A stretch of DNA of 64,000 nucleotides from Eubacteriales bacterium (GCA_045543495.1 JAZQMO010000053.1:9020-73019), one strand, 5' to 3'. Positions 1-9,062 are shown, counted from the stretch's first letter. The notes: generated by a model not told the origin, from the sequence alone. Translations and numbers: made by a program.

Positions 1-499
1 AAATGGCCATCAGGGGCATCATAGCGTTGATCCCCTCTGCGGCGCCGCGGTTGGTTTCGTCGGTGGAATCGGTGAGCCAAGCGTTAAAGGCGGCATCGTT
101 TGCTGTGGAGCCGAAAAAGGTCATAACGCAGTCCATCAAAATCACAAGATTGATTCCCACGGCGGCGGCATCCAAGGCCTCGGCAAAAAGGCCCGTGATC
201 ACCTCTTTCCGAAGCAGAACAAAGCTCCAAATGGAAAGCCCCCATAAAAGATAACCGGCGCAAATAAAGAGCTTTCTTTTTCCCACCCTGTCCGAAAGGG
301 CACCCATTAAAATCGTCGTGAGGGTAGCGGAAACGGCCGAGGCCGCCACCATCAGGGAGATCGCCTTGGCATCGGCTCGGAATTCCTCGTAGAGAAATAC
401 ATTAAAATACATATTCTCCATCACCCAAGCGATCTGTCCCACAAGACTGAAGATCACAAGGCTGATCCAAAATTTGCTTTTTTTCGCATTGTTTTTCAT
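1..499 (-). CDS. MFS-type transporter, N-terminal part (gene continues past the window start)
   Basis: Absent from the ORF track because it runs off the edge. Reverse-strand ATG at 499 gives MKNNAKKSKFWISLVIFSLVGQIAWVMENMYFNVFLYEEF...GALSDRVGKRKLF..., with hydrophobic TM segments and an MFS-like D-R-x-G-K-R loop. The 3..254 + ORF is its antisense shadow. Confidence 0.6.
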   Translation of the reverse strand, partial: MKNNAKKSKFWISLVIFSLVGQIAWVMENMYFNVFLYEEFRADAKAISLMVAASAVSATLTTILMGALSDRVGKRKLFICAGYLLWGLSIWSFVLLRKEVITGLFAEALDAAAVGINLVILMDCVMTFFGSTANDAAFNAWLTDSTDETNRGAAEGINAMMPLMAI

Positions 500-661
500 T
501 CAAACGCCACCTTTCTTCTTTCATTTTATCACAAAAATGAAGAAATCTCAACCAAAACCCTTTTTTTCTCAATCTTGACAAAGAAGGTGATTTTTTGTAA
601 GATATTGATGTTTTCCATTCTATCAATCAGGGCATTTTTGCCCGTTTCCAAAGGAGTCAAA

Positions 662-1345
662 ATGAAGAAAAAAGTGTTCTATGCGGAGTGGGCCTATGTG
701 CTGGGTCTTGTGATCATGGCCTTCGCCGCCGCCTTCACGGAAAAGGCAGATTTCGGTATGTCTATGGTGGTGGCTCCCGCCTATATTCTCCACCTGAAGC
801 TTTCTCAGCTGTTCCCTTGGTTCTCCTTTGGGGTGGCTGAATATGTGTTTCAGGGGGTGTTGGTTCTCCTCACCGCCTTGGTAATGAGAAAATTCAAGCT
901 TTCCTATCTGTTTTCCTTTGTGACCGCCGTTCTCTACGGCTTTCTTTTGGATGCTGCCATGATGCTGCTTTCTTCGGTTTCCGATAAGGATTTTCTGCTT
1001 CGGATCCTGTGGTACCTTGTGGGAACGGTGCTATGCTCCTTTGCCGTCTCTCTTTTCTTTCACACCTATCTTTCTCCCGAGGCCTATGAATTGATCGTGA
1101 AGGAGCTTTCCGAGAAGTTTTGCTGCAATATCAATTCCGTGAAAACCGCCTACGATTGCTTCAGCGTTGTTTTGGGCATCGTTTTGTCCTTTTCCTTTTT
1201 TGGCTTCGGTGTATTCCAAGGGGTCAAATGGGGCACAGCCGTTTGTGCCTTGGTCAACGGCTTTCTGATCGGCCGCTTTTCCAAGCTTTTGGAGAAGCAC
1301 TTTCAATTTGAAAACCGTTTTCCGCTGGAAAAGCTGTTTCGCTGA
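662..1345 (+). CDS. polytopic membrane protein of unknown function (YczE/DUF6198-like)
   Basis: 227 aa from ATG 662 (MKKKVFYAEWAYVLGLVIMAFAAAF...), preceded by AAAGGAG. About 6 hydrophobic segments. The family assignment is from memory of similar N-termini only. Confidence 0.5.
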   Translation: MKKKVFYAEWAYVLGLVIMAFAAAFTEKADFGMSMVVAPAYILHLKLSQLFPWFSFGVAEYVFQGVLVLLTALVMRKFKLSYLFSFVTAVLYGFLLDAAMMLLSSVSDKDFLLRILWYLVGTVLCSFAVSLFFHTYLSPEAYELIVKELSEKFCCNINSVKTAYDCFSVVLGIVLSFSFFGFGVFQGVKWGTAVCALVNGFLIGRFSKLLEKHFQFENRFPLEKLFR

Positions 1346-1390
1346 AATAAGTAACGATCCCAAAGATCGCAAAAGGAAAGGAAAACCTGT

Positions 1391-2128
1391 ATGAAGCCTG
1401 TTGTGAAATTTGAGAAAGCCCCCTCGGGCCTCTATTTGTATGAAACCCATCTGCACACCTATCCCGTCAGCCGTTGTGCCAAGAAAAGCGTGGGGGAGAA
1501 TATGGCCTGCTACCAAGCTCTCGGGTATCAGGGCATCTTTATCACCAATCATTTTTTGGATGGGAATATCAATATTGATAAAAGCCTATCCTATGAGGAA
1601 AAATTGAATTTTTATCTGTCCGATTATTGGGAGGCCAAAAGCCTGGAGCACAAAATGGGACTTCGGGTCTTTTTCGGCGTGGAGCTCTCCTTCAAGGGAA
1701 CCGATTTTCTCATTTACGGTCTTCCTCCCGAGTGGTATTTTGATCATCCCGAGATCACGGAGATGAATAAAAAAGTGGAGCTTGCCTTTATGATGGAGGA
1801 GGGCGCCCTTGTGATTCAGGCACACCCCTATCGGGAAGCGAGCTATATCGACCATATTCGCCTGTATCCTCGCTCTGTGCACGGTGTGGAGGTGCTTAAT
1901 GCCTGCCGCAATGAATTGGAAAATACTATGGCAGAGCAATATGCCGTCTCCTACGACCTGATTCCCTTTGCGGGGACGGATAATCATAAGGGCATAGAAC
2001 AGCCCCTGTTTTCCGGCATTGCCTTTGATACTCCCTTGAATAGCGAAGAGGATTTTGTTCTTCGCATCCAAAACAAAGAAGGAACTCTGTTTTCCTTATC
2101 AAACGGTGAAGAAAAGACCCGAGAATGA
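1391..2128 (+). CDS. PHP-domain metal-dependent phosphoesterase
   Basis: 245-aa ORF. Motifs YETHLHT, VIQAHPYR and GTDNH fit the PHP (histidinol-phosphatase/PolIII-alpha N-terminal) His/Asp pattern. Confidence 0.75.
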   Translation: MKPVVKFEKAPSGLYLYETHLHTYPVSRCAKKSVGENMACYQALGYQGIFITNHFLDGNINIDKSLSYEEKLNFYLSDYWEAKSLEHKMGLRVFFGVELSFKGTDFLIYGLPPEWYFDHPEITEMNKKVELAFMMEEGALVIQAHPYREASYIDHIRLYPRSVHGVEVLNACRNELENTMAEQYAVSYDLIPFAGTDNHKGIEQPLFSGIAFDTPLNSEEDFVLRIQNKEGTLFSLSNGEEKTRE

Positions 2129-2144
2129 TCTCGGGTCTTTTTTT
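2112..2144. terminator. bidirectional intrinsic terminator between convergent genes
   Basis: AGACCCGAG-aatgat-CTCGGGTCT, flanked by an A-run on the left and a T-run on the right. The PHP stop codon lies in the loop. Confidence 0.6.
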
Positions 2145-2442
2145 ACAGAATGAAGTCAAAAATCAGAGCAGAAGCGGAGGCTGCCAAAGCAACCACGATC
2201 AGAGGCTTTTTTCGGTAAGCGAAAAAGAGAGCCGCCAGGGTTCCCGCAACAGAGCTTGCCGTGTTTCCCGTGGCGTAGAAAATGGAGGGAATGGTCATGG
2301 CGCTGAGGACCGCATAGGGAAGATAATACATCAGGCTTCGGATGAAAGGGGAGGTGATCTCCTTGCGAAACAGGGTGAAGGGGATCATTCTCACAAGATA
2401 GGTCACAAGAGCCATTACAAGAATATATAGAATCAAACTCAT
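2143..2442 (-). CDS. azlD: branched-chain amino acid transport protein AzlD
   Basis: 99 aa from ATG 2442 (MSLILYILVMALVTYLVRMIPFTLF...), small and hydrophobic. ATGA overlap with the azlC stop, and a GGAGGAG RBS. Confidence 0.8.
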   Translation of the reverse strand: MSLILYILVMALVTYLVRMIPFTLFRKEITSPFIRSLMYYLPYAVLSAMTIPSIFYATGNTASSVAGTLAALFFAYRKKPLIVVALAASASALIFDFIL

Positions 2443-3155
2443 TTTGTCTCCTCCTTTTCCACGGGAAAGAGAAGGGCACCGAGGATCGATGCTACCAAGG
2501 CGCTGATGATAATGGCAAAGCCTGCGGAGATAAAGGGAAGGAGAAAACGGATCAAACTGCTGATTCCCGCTGCCGTCAAAACCACAACGAGGACGCTTTT
2601 TTCTTTTCTTGCCGCCGGAACGAAAATAGCAAGGAACATTCCGTAAAGGAGAAGCCCCATAGCATCGGTCACCGTCTTCGGCAGGATCTCGCCTGCCAGT
2701 GCACCAAACAGCGTTCCCCCCGTCCACCCAAGGATGGGAAGTGTCATCAGCCCGTAGAAATAGGGCGGAGATATTTTGCCTTCTGCCGAGGCGGCCAAGG
2801 CGTAGAGCTCATCGGTAATGCCAAAGGAGGCAATCAGGCGCTGTTTTGTGCCAAAGCTCTTGTCCAGCTTTTGGGTGAGAGAAAAGCCCATAAGAGCATA
2901 TCTTAAATTGATGACAAGCTGCGTGAGGGCCATTTCGATCAGCCCTCCTGCGGCGGCTATGATCTTAATTCCCGCCGCCTGCCCCGCACTGGTCAGATTG
3001 GTCAGGGAAATCAGGGTCGCCTCCAAAACGGGAATGCCCAATTTTACCGCCTGAATCCCAAATCCAAAGGAAACGGATAAATACCCCAAGGCAATGGGGA
3101 TCCCGTGGGATAAGCCCCTTGAAAATGCACTTCGCACCAAATCATCTCCTATCAT
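2439..3155 (-). CDS. azlC: branched-chain amino acid permease AzlC
   Basis: 238 aa from ATG 3155 (MIGDDLVRSAFSRGLSHGIPIALGYLSVSFGFG...TSAGQ...), matching the AzlC family pattern. The longer 282-aa ORF start has no RBS. Confidence 0.8.
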   Translation of the reverse strand: MIGDDLVRSAFSRGLSHGIPIALGYLSVSFGFGIQAVKLGIPVLEATLISLTNLTSAGQAAGIKIIAAAGGLIEMALTQLVINLRYALMGFSLTQKLDKSFGTKQRLIASFGITDELYALAASAEGKISPPYFYGLMTLPILGWTGGTLFGALAGEILPKTVTDAMGLLLYGMFLAIFVPAARKEKSVLVVVLTAAGISSLIRFLLPFISAGFAIIISALVASILGALLFPVEKEETK

Positions 3156-3238
3156 TTCAAACGAAGAAATTGTAACACAAGAGGGAAAAGAAAACAATAG
3201 AAAAATGAAAAAAACGGAACAAAGTCCGTTTTTCCATT

Positions 3239-4165
3239 TTATCGATATAGCTCGGTGGAAAGGTAGCGTTCCCCCGAATCGGCACAAAGAACTACGATGC
3301 TCTTGCCGAAAAATTCCTTTCGCTTTCCGATTTTTACTGCCGCCGCCAAGGCACTCCCCGAGGAGATCCCCACCAAAACGCCCTCCAGCCTTGCAAAGGA
3401 GCGAGCACAGTCATAGGCTTCTTCCTCTGTAATGCAAAGGATCTCGTCATAAACCGCGGTGTCCAAAACCTCGGGGATAAAGCCTGCCCCGATGCCCTGA
3501 ATTCCGTGAGGGCCTGCCTTGCCTCCGGAGAGAACAGGGGAGCCCTTGGGCTCAACTGCCACAATGTGGATCTTTCTCTTCTGTTCCTTCAGGTACCGTC
3601 CCGTTCCCGTTATAGTGCCGCCCGTTCCCACAGCCGATACGAAGGCGTCGATCTCGCCATCGGTATCCTGCCAGATCTCGGGGCCTGTGGTCAAATAATG
3701 GGCCTTGGAGTTGGAAGGGTTGCAAAACTGATCGGGGAGAAAGGAGTTTGGCGTGATCTCGTGCAAACGCTTGGCCTCCCGAATGGAGCCTGCCATACCC
3801 TCCTTGCCGTCGGTCAGAACGATCTTGGCACCGTAAGCCTTCAGGAGCATTTGCCGCTCCACGCTCATGGTATCGGGCATGACAAAGATGGCTTGGTATC
3901 CCTTTGCCGCCGCAAGGGATGCAAGACCGATGCCCGTGTTACCGCTGGTAGGCTCTATGATGGTGGCGCCGGGGCGGATCAAGCCCTTGGCCTCGGCATC
4001 CAGAAGCATCTGCTTTGCCACCCGATCCTTGGCACTGCCTGCGGGATTTTGCCCCTCAAGCTTTACGATCAGCTTGGCAGAGACCCCCATGCCTTCGCAA
4101 AAACGCTTGCAGGATAATAGGGGAGTGTTGCCAATGGCCTGTTCAACAGAATCTATCATATTCAT
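3239..4165 (-). CDS. cysK: cysteine synthase A (O-acetylserine sulfhydrylase)
   Basis: 308 aa from ATG 4165 (MNMIDSVEQAIGNTPLL...). PLP-lysine motif GSAKDR, TSGNTGIGLA loop, GTGGTITG. Confidence 0.85.
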   Translation of the reverse strand: MNMIDSVEQAIGNTPLLSCKRFCEGMGVSAKLIVKLEGQNPAGSAKDRVAKQMLLDAEAKGLIRPGATIIEPTSGNTGIGLASLAAAKGYQAIFVMPDTMSVERQMLLKAYGAKIVLTDGKEGMAGSIREAKRLHEITPNSFLPDQFCNPSNSKAHYLTTGPEIWQDTDGEIDAFVSAVGTGGTITGTGRYLKEQKRKIHIVAVEPKGSPVLSGGKAGPHGIQGIGAGFIPEVLDTAVYDEILCITEEEAYDCARSFARLEGVLVGISSGSALAAAVKIGKRKEFFGKSIVVLCADSGERYLSTELYR

Positions 4166-4321
4166 ATTCGATCCATCCTTTTTTTCGTTTGCCTTTATGA
4201 TACCACAACTTCGATGCGAAGCATCAATCGGGCGAAGCCCCAAAGGCGACACGCCTTTGCGATTGTGATACAATGAACTCTTAGGCGTCGAAATCTTTGA
4301 TTTCGTTTACGCCGTGAGGTT

Positions 4322-4349
4322 ATTATACCACGAATCGTGCCCTTGTCAA
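4322..4349 (-). promoter_or_regulatory. sigma-A-type promoter for cysK
   Basis: The reverse strand reads TTGACA-16 nt-TGgTATAAT (-35 at 4344-4349, -10 at 4322-4327). Confidence 0.5.
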
Positions 4350-4404
4350 TGTTTCGGGGCATAATCTCCCTTGCGGTGAATAGGATAAAATAGAGGATTA
4401 TCTC

Positions 4405-4433
4405 TTGTCAAAAACACGATGTTTTGTTATACT
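4405..4433 (+). promoter_or_regulatory. sigma-A-type promoter for the GHL10/amidase gene
   Basis: TTGTCA (4405-4410), 17-nt spacer, TGtTATACT (-10 at 4428-4433). Confidence 0.45.
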
Positions 4434-4461
4434 GTTAGTATTAAAAGTGGAGGAGAATGCA

Positions 4462-7400
4462 ATGCAGGACGAAAAAATGCAGGAATCGGTTGCTACCCCG
4501 TGGTTTAAGACCAAAAAAGGGAGGATCCTTTGGATCGCCGGGCTCTCCTTGTGCGCCCTGATCCTGATTCTTTCTCTGGTTTTTCTTTTGCTTCCCGAAA
4601 GGGAGCCTGAGCCTGTTCCTCCCACCCAAGAGAGCACAACGGGCGAGGAAGAGATGATTCCGGGCACCCTTGCGCCCGCCCCTCAGGATGATGAAATGCG
4701 AGGGGTCTACATCGCCACCGTATCAAACCTGAATTTCCCCTCCAAAAAAGGCCTTTCAGAGGCGGAACTGAAGGCAGAGCTGGATCAGATCGTGGAAAAC
4801 AGCCGTCTCATCGGCTTTGACACCATTTATTTTCAGGTGCGCCCCTCGGGGGATGCCCTGTATCGATCTGAGTACTTTCCCACCTCTCGCTATATCACAG
4901 GCACCGAGGGAGATCCCCTCAGCTTTGATCCTCTGGAATACCTGATCACAAAGTCGGCCGAATTTGATATGCAGGTGGTTGCTTGGGTCAATCCCTACCG
5001 CATCACCTCCCAAAAGGCCGAAACCAAAAAGGAAGCACTGGAAACCCTCGCTCCCACCAATCCTGCCCGTGAAAACCCCGATTGGACCGTGTTTTACGAC
5101 GGCAGGCTCTATTACGATCCCGCCCGCTCTGCGGTGAGAGTTCTTATTGAAAACGGGGTTCGTGAGATCTGCCGAAATTATAAGGTCAAGGGCGTTCTCT
5201 TTGACGATTATTTCTATCCCTATCCCGTCAGCGGCCAGGTCTTTGATGACCGCTATTCCTACACTGCTTCCTCCTCTGCCCTTTCCTTGGAGGATTGGAG
5301 AAGAGAAAACGTAAACCAAATGGTAAAGGCTTCCTATGAAGCCGTAAAGAAGGTAAACCCCGAAATGACCTTCGGCATCAGCCCCTTTGGGATTTGGAAG
5401 AATTCCTCCTCTGACCCCAAGGGAAGCGATACCAAGGGAATGGAGGCCTATCACAGCATTTATTGCGATGCTCTGGCTTGGATCGAGGGCGGATATGTGG
5501 ATTACCTTGCCCCCCAGATCTATTGGGAAAAAGGCCATTCCGCTGCCGATTTTGATACCCTGGTTCGCTGGTGGTCTGCTCAGGTGGACGGAACCGAGGT
5601 AGAGCTTTATATTTCCCACGCCGCCTATAAGGTGGAGGAGTTTGGGCTCGGTGCAGAAGAGATCATTCAGCAGATATCCTTCTCTCGCTCTTGGATGGGA
5701 GTTTCGGGCAACATTCAGTATGGCTATGCTTGGATCAAAAACAATACTGCCTCTCTCCGAGACCGCTTGCAGGCCTTTTACGCCGATCCCTTTCAAAATG
5801 ATTATGCCCCCTCTTCGGTGCAGGGGATCGTGTTTGCCCGCCCTCAGAATCAATTAAAAACCACTACCTCGGCTCAGTTTGTCTCCTGTACCTCCGATCC
5901 CAATTATCCCGTTTATGATCAATTTGGGAAAGTAGGCCGTACCAAAAGCGGCCTATTTTCCGTATATATGCCCCTGAATATGGGAAACAATTCCATTACC
6001 CTGACCCAAAACGGAGTGCCCTATACCCTGCAGGTGACCCGTGTGGCGGCGAGCACCTCCTCTCAGACACTACCTCGCTTTGGTGTTCAGTCCTCCTCTC
6101 CCGATGCCAAAAAGGATGCCATTGTGGCCTCAGGCGGCTCGCTTCCGGTTTCCGTTACCGCCCCTGCGGGAGCGGTGGTGACGGCCTGGTTGGGAGAAAA
6201 ATCCGTAACTCTGAAGGGAACTCTCAACCCCAAAGGGGAGGGGATCTTAAAGGAAATCTATGAAGGGGATCTTCCTGCTCCCGTTGTAACCTCGGGCTCA
6301 GATTATCAAAATGCGGGCAAGATCGTTTTCAGCTTAAAATATGCCTCCGAGACCATCCAATACAGCGGCCCATCGGTTTATGTGATTCCCGCAAGCCTTT
6401 CTGTGACAGCTACGGTGAATCGGGATTATTCCCACGTTAAAGTCTCTCCCACCAGCTCCTTTTATGAGGATTATACTCCCGCCTCCGTTGGAATGAGTGA
6501 TGAGGTTACAGGCTTTGTGGACGGTTATTATCGCCTTGGCTTTGGCGGCTGGGTTTCTGAGAGCGTCGTTACGGTTCAAAAGGGCGCCTCGTATCATCCC
6601 CCCCGTTTGACCTCGGCATCCTTTGTTTCTGACGAAAAAGCAACAAGCTTAAAGCTTACTCTCGGCACTTACCCTCCTTTGAATTTGAGGGTGGAGGGGA
6701 AGAATGTTACCGTCACCTTGTTTGGCGCCTCTGCGGATCAGGAAAAGGCTCTTGAGATCCCCGAGGCAGATCACCTGTTTGAAAAGGCATCCTATGCCGC
6801 AAATGAAAAAAACGGTTCCCTTGAGTTTTACTTTACTCTTTTGGATGAATCCAATTACTACGGTATGGATCTGTCCTTTGACAATGGCGTTCTTTCTCTT
6901 GTATTTACCCAGCCTCAGTCCTTAAAAAAAGGAGATCTTCCCTTGGAGGGGAAGACTGTTTTGGTGGATGCGGGCCACGGTGGCAGCGATCCCGGCGCCC
7001 TTGGCTTCTTTGGTGATTTGAATGAAGAGCAGTTAAACCTCGGCATTGCCCTTTCCTTGAAGGCAAAGCTGGAAGGCCTTGGAGCAAAGGTGATTTTATC
7101 CCGCTCTGAGGATGCTACCGTCAGCCTCTATGAAAGAATGGATCTTATCACCGCCTCCCGTGCCGATTTTGTCATTTCCATTCATCACAATTCCACAGGC
7201 GAGGCCTCCGATGCCAATAAGACCAAAGGTACCCTTGGGCTTTACTGGGCCGAATCGGGAAAAAGCCTTGCAAGCTGTATTCAGCAAAGCACCTTCCGTG
7301 CACTTGGCAGCTATGATCTTGGAACCAAGAAGCAAATGCTGGCGGTTTGCCGTAACCACAGGCTCCCTCAAATGCTCTTGGAAACAAGCTTTATCTGCTC

Positions 7401-7515
7401 ACCCGCTGAGTATCAAAATGCCACCTCCTCCACCTATTATCAAACGGTGGCAGACTCCATTGCCGAAGGGGTCTTGAATTGGTACACCCTGCAAGAGAGC
7501 TTTCTTGGGAGGTAG
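4462..7515 (+). CDS. membrane-anchored cell-wall protein: GHL10 (DUF187/YngK-like) domain plus C-terminal N-acetylmuramoyl-L-alanine amidase (Amidase_3)
   Basis: 1017 aa from ATG 4462 after GGAGGAG. N-terminal TM segment ILWIAGLSLCALILILSLVFLLL. MRGVYIATVSNLNFPS...VAWVNPYR fits glycosyl-hydrolase-like family 10. C-terminal VLVDAGHGGSDPGA...ISIHHNS fits Amidase_3. Confidence 0.75.
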   Translation: MQDEKMQESVATPWFKTKKGRILWIAGLSLCALILILSLVFLLLPEREPEPVPPTQESTTGEEEMIPGTLAPAPQDDEMRGVYIATVSNLNFPSKKGLSEAELKAELDQIVENSRLIGFDTIYFQVRPSGDALYRSEYFPTSRYITGTEGDPLSFDPLEYLITKSAEFDMQVVAWVNPYRITSQKAETKKEALETLAPTNPARENPDWTVFYDGRLYYDPARSAVRVLIENGVREICRNYKVKGVLFDDYFYPYPVSGQVFDDRYSYTASSSALSLEDWRRENVNQMVKASYEAVKKVNPEMTFGISPFGIWKNSSSDPKGSDTKGMEAYHSIYCDALAWIEGGYVDYLAPQIYWEKGHSAADFDTLVRWWSAQVDGTEVELYISHAAYKVEEFGLGAEEIIQQISFSRSWMGVSGNIQYGYAWIKNNTASLRDRLQAFYADPFQNDYAPSSVQGIVFARPQNQLKTTTSAQFVSCTSDPNYPVYDQFGKVGRTKSGLFSVYMPLNMGNNSITLTQNGVPYTLQVTRVAASTSSQTLPRFGVQSSSPDAKKDAIVASGGSLPVSVTAPAGAVVTAWLGEKSVTLKGTLNPKGEGILKEIYEGDLPAPVVTSGSDYQNAGKIVFSLKYASETIQYSGPSVYVIPASLSVTATVNRDYSHVKVSPTSSFYEDYTPASVGMSDEVTGFVDGYYRLGFGGWVSESVVTVQKGASYHPPRLTSASFVSDEKATSLKLTLGTYPPLNLRVEGKNVTVTLFGASADQEKALEIPEADHLFEKASYAANEKNGSLEFYFTLLDESNYYGMDLSFDNGVLSLVFTQPQSLKKGDLPLEGKTVLVDAGHGGSDPGALGFFGDLNEEQLNLGIALSLKAKLEGLGAKVILSRSEDATVSLYERMDLITASRADFVISIHHNSTGEASDANKTKGTLGLYWAESGKSLASCIQQSTFRALGSYDLGTKKQMLAVCRNHRLPQMLLETSFICSPAEYQNATSSTYYQTVADSIAEGVLNWYTLQESFLGR

Positions 7516-7517
7516 CA

Positions 7518-7817
7518 ATGCCGATATTGTATTGTTGTCTTACGGTTCTCCCGCTGATTTTATTCTTTTGGTATGGCTCGCTTTTGCTTTTCGTTTGGCG
7601 TCAAGCAAGGCTTTTTAAGCAAAATCAAAATGAAAAAGAGTATTTGGAAGGCCTTACCGAAAAACAGAAGCAGTGCAAAGGAAAGAGAAAAAAGAATTAT
7701 TTGCTATATCTTATGATCCTGACCCTGAAGGGTCAGGGAAGGGAAAAAGAAGCCCGCCAAATGCTCCCCTTCCTTCGGTCGGATCCTCTTTTGGGCATCA
7801 AAAAAGAAGCGATGTAA
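7518..7817 (+). CDS. small hypothetical membrane protein
   Basis: 99 aa from ATG 7518, 2 nt after the upstream stop. One N-terminal TM segment (MPILYCCLTVLPLILFFWYGSLLLFVW) followed by a Lys-rich tail. No family recognised. Confidence 0.4.
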   Translation: MPILYCCLTVLPLILFFWYGSLLLFVWRQARLFKQNQNEKEYLEGLTEKQKQCKGKRKKNYLLYLMILTLKGQGREKEARQMLPFLRSDPLLGIKKEAM

Positions 7818-7833
7818 AATCGCTTCTTTTTTT
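7800..7833. terminator. bidirectional intrinsic terminator
   Basis: AGAAGCGAT-gtaaa-ATCGCTTCT with A-run and T-run flanks, between convergent genes. Confidence 0.65.
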
Positions 7834-7838
7834 ACTCT

Positions 7839-8966
7839 TTATTTATATACGCTTTCCTTGCCCTTGATTCCCAGCGCTTCCTCGCCCAGATAGGAGATCA
7901 CGTCCATACCGAGGAACTGTGCAAGATCACGCATTTCCGCAACGGTGTTGACATTGACATTGATACCGTTCTTCAATCTTTCCTCCATAGCGAATACTTC
8001 CTTTTCGCCGTGGGTGTAGATTCTGTCTCTGCCCTCTGCCTTGGGAGAATTTCTCAATTCCTCCAGATAAGCGGAGAGGTGCTTCTTAATGCCTTCTGCA
8101 GAACCGAAAATGTTAGGATCGATTACCATAAAGCCGTGGCAAATACCGCCGTGGGTACCGATGTTGGTCTTGTCGGAGGTGTCACCCATAGCAAGAATGG
8201 AGGAGAAGAGCTCTGCCACCATTCCCCAACCGTAGCCCTTGTGGCTTCCGCTGTCCTCGGTAGAACCGCCGAGAGGAAGAATTCCGCCGCCCTCCTTGTT
8301 GGCAATACAGCCGAGAACTCTTGCGGCATCGGTGGATTCGTTGCCGGTGGAGTCTATGGCCCATCCATCGTGAAGGGGCTTGTCAAGCTTGTTGTAAACC
8401 TCCAATTTGCCGCGGGTCACCACGGTGGTGGAGGCATCAAACAGGAAGGGATAGGGATCAGCAGGGAAGGAAATGGCAATGGGGTTGGAGCCAAGCATAG
8501 CCTTTCTTCCGTAGGTGGGAACCATAATGGCGGTGGTGTTGGTGGTGGAAATACCGATCAGCCCCTCGTCACAAGCCATTTTGGTGTAGTAGCCTGCAAT
8601 GCCGTAGTGGGTGGAGTTGCGAACGGTCACCATAGCAATACCGACCTTCTTTGCCTTTTCAATGGCCATCTTCATTGCCTTGTGAGCAACCACCTGACCC
8701 ATACCGTCGTGGGCATCCAAAACAGCGGAAACAGGAGTCTCAAATACAACCTCGGGCTTGGCATTGACCTGGATCAGGCCCTTGGCAATATCCTTGTGAT
8801 AGCGAACCAATCTCTGAGTACCGTGAGACTCGATACCGAACAGGTCGGCAAGAAGGAGTACATCAGTAATGATCTCGGACTCTTCACGGGTAAAGCCGAA
8901 TTTTTCAAAAGCATCCTCGCAGAATTTCTTGAGAGATTCATACGAATAGTTCATGTAATTTTTCAT
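7839..8966 (-). CDS. Ldh_2 family oxidoreductase (malate/L-lactate/sulfolactate dehydrogenase type 2)
   Basis: 375 aa. N-terminal ...LLLADLFGIESHGTQRLVRY... and overall length are typical of the Ldh_2 family. Confidence 0.8.
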   Translation of the reverse strand: MKNYMNYSYESLKKFCEDAFEKFGFTREESEIITDVLLLADLFGIESHGTQRLVRYHKDIAKGLIQVNAKPEVVFETPVSAVLDAHDGMGQVVAHKAMKMAIEKAKKVGIAMVTVRNSTHYGIAGYYTKMACDEGLIGISTTNTTAIMVPTYGRKAMLGSNPIAISFPADPYPFLFDASTTVVTRGKLEVYNKLDKPLHDGWAIDSTGNESTDAARVLGCIANKEGGGILPLGGSTEDSGSHKGYGWGMVAELFSSILAMGDTSDKTNIGTHGGICHGFMVIDPNIFGSAEGIKKHLSAYLEELRNSPKAEGRDRIYTHGEKEVFAMEERLKNGINVNVNTVAEMRDLAQFLGMDVISYLGEEALGIKGKESVYK

Positions 8967-9004
8967 GATCGTTCCTTTCGTGGATCCAAAAAAATGTTAC
9001 ATCT

Positions 9005-9033
9005 ATTATATACAAATAATTTCTCATTGTCAA
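9005..9033 (-). promoter_or_regulatory. consensus sigma-A promoter for the Ldh_2 gene
   Basis: The reverse strand reads TTGACA (9028-9033), 17 nt, TATAAT (9005-9010). Confidence 0.6.
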
Positions 9034-9062
9034 TTCGTCATCAATACAAATTATTTGTATAT
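9008..9062. repeat. 15-bp perfect inverted repeat with a 25-bp spacer, bracketing the -35 box
   Basis: ATATACAAATAATTT (9008-9022) and AAATTATTTGTATAT (9048-9062) are exact reverse complements. Confidence 0.85.

Noticed and set aside
3-254. 83-aa + strand ORF at the window start
   Set aside because: It is antisense to the edge-truncated MFS transporter gene, whose reverse-strand translation is clearly membrane-protein-like.
4166-4321. T-box or S-box (SAM-I) riboswitch upstream of cysK
   Set aside because: The leader is too short. It also lacks the T-box sequence, a specifier-loop layout, the SAM-I core and any terminator U-tract. It is reported only as an unclassified structured leader.
4756-5853. 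365-aa - strand ORF
   Set aside because: It is antisense to the GHL10/amidase gene and has no recognisable family or start context.
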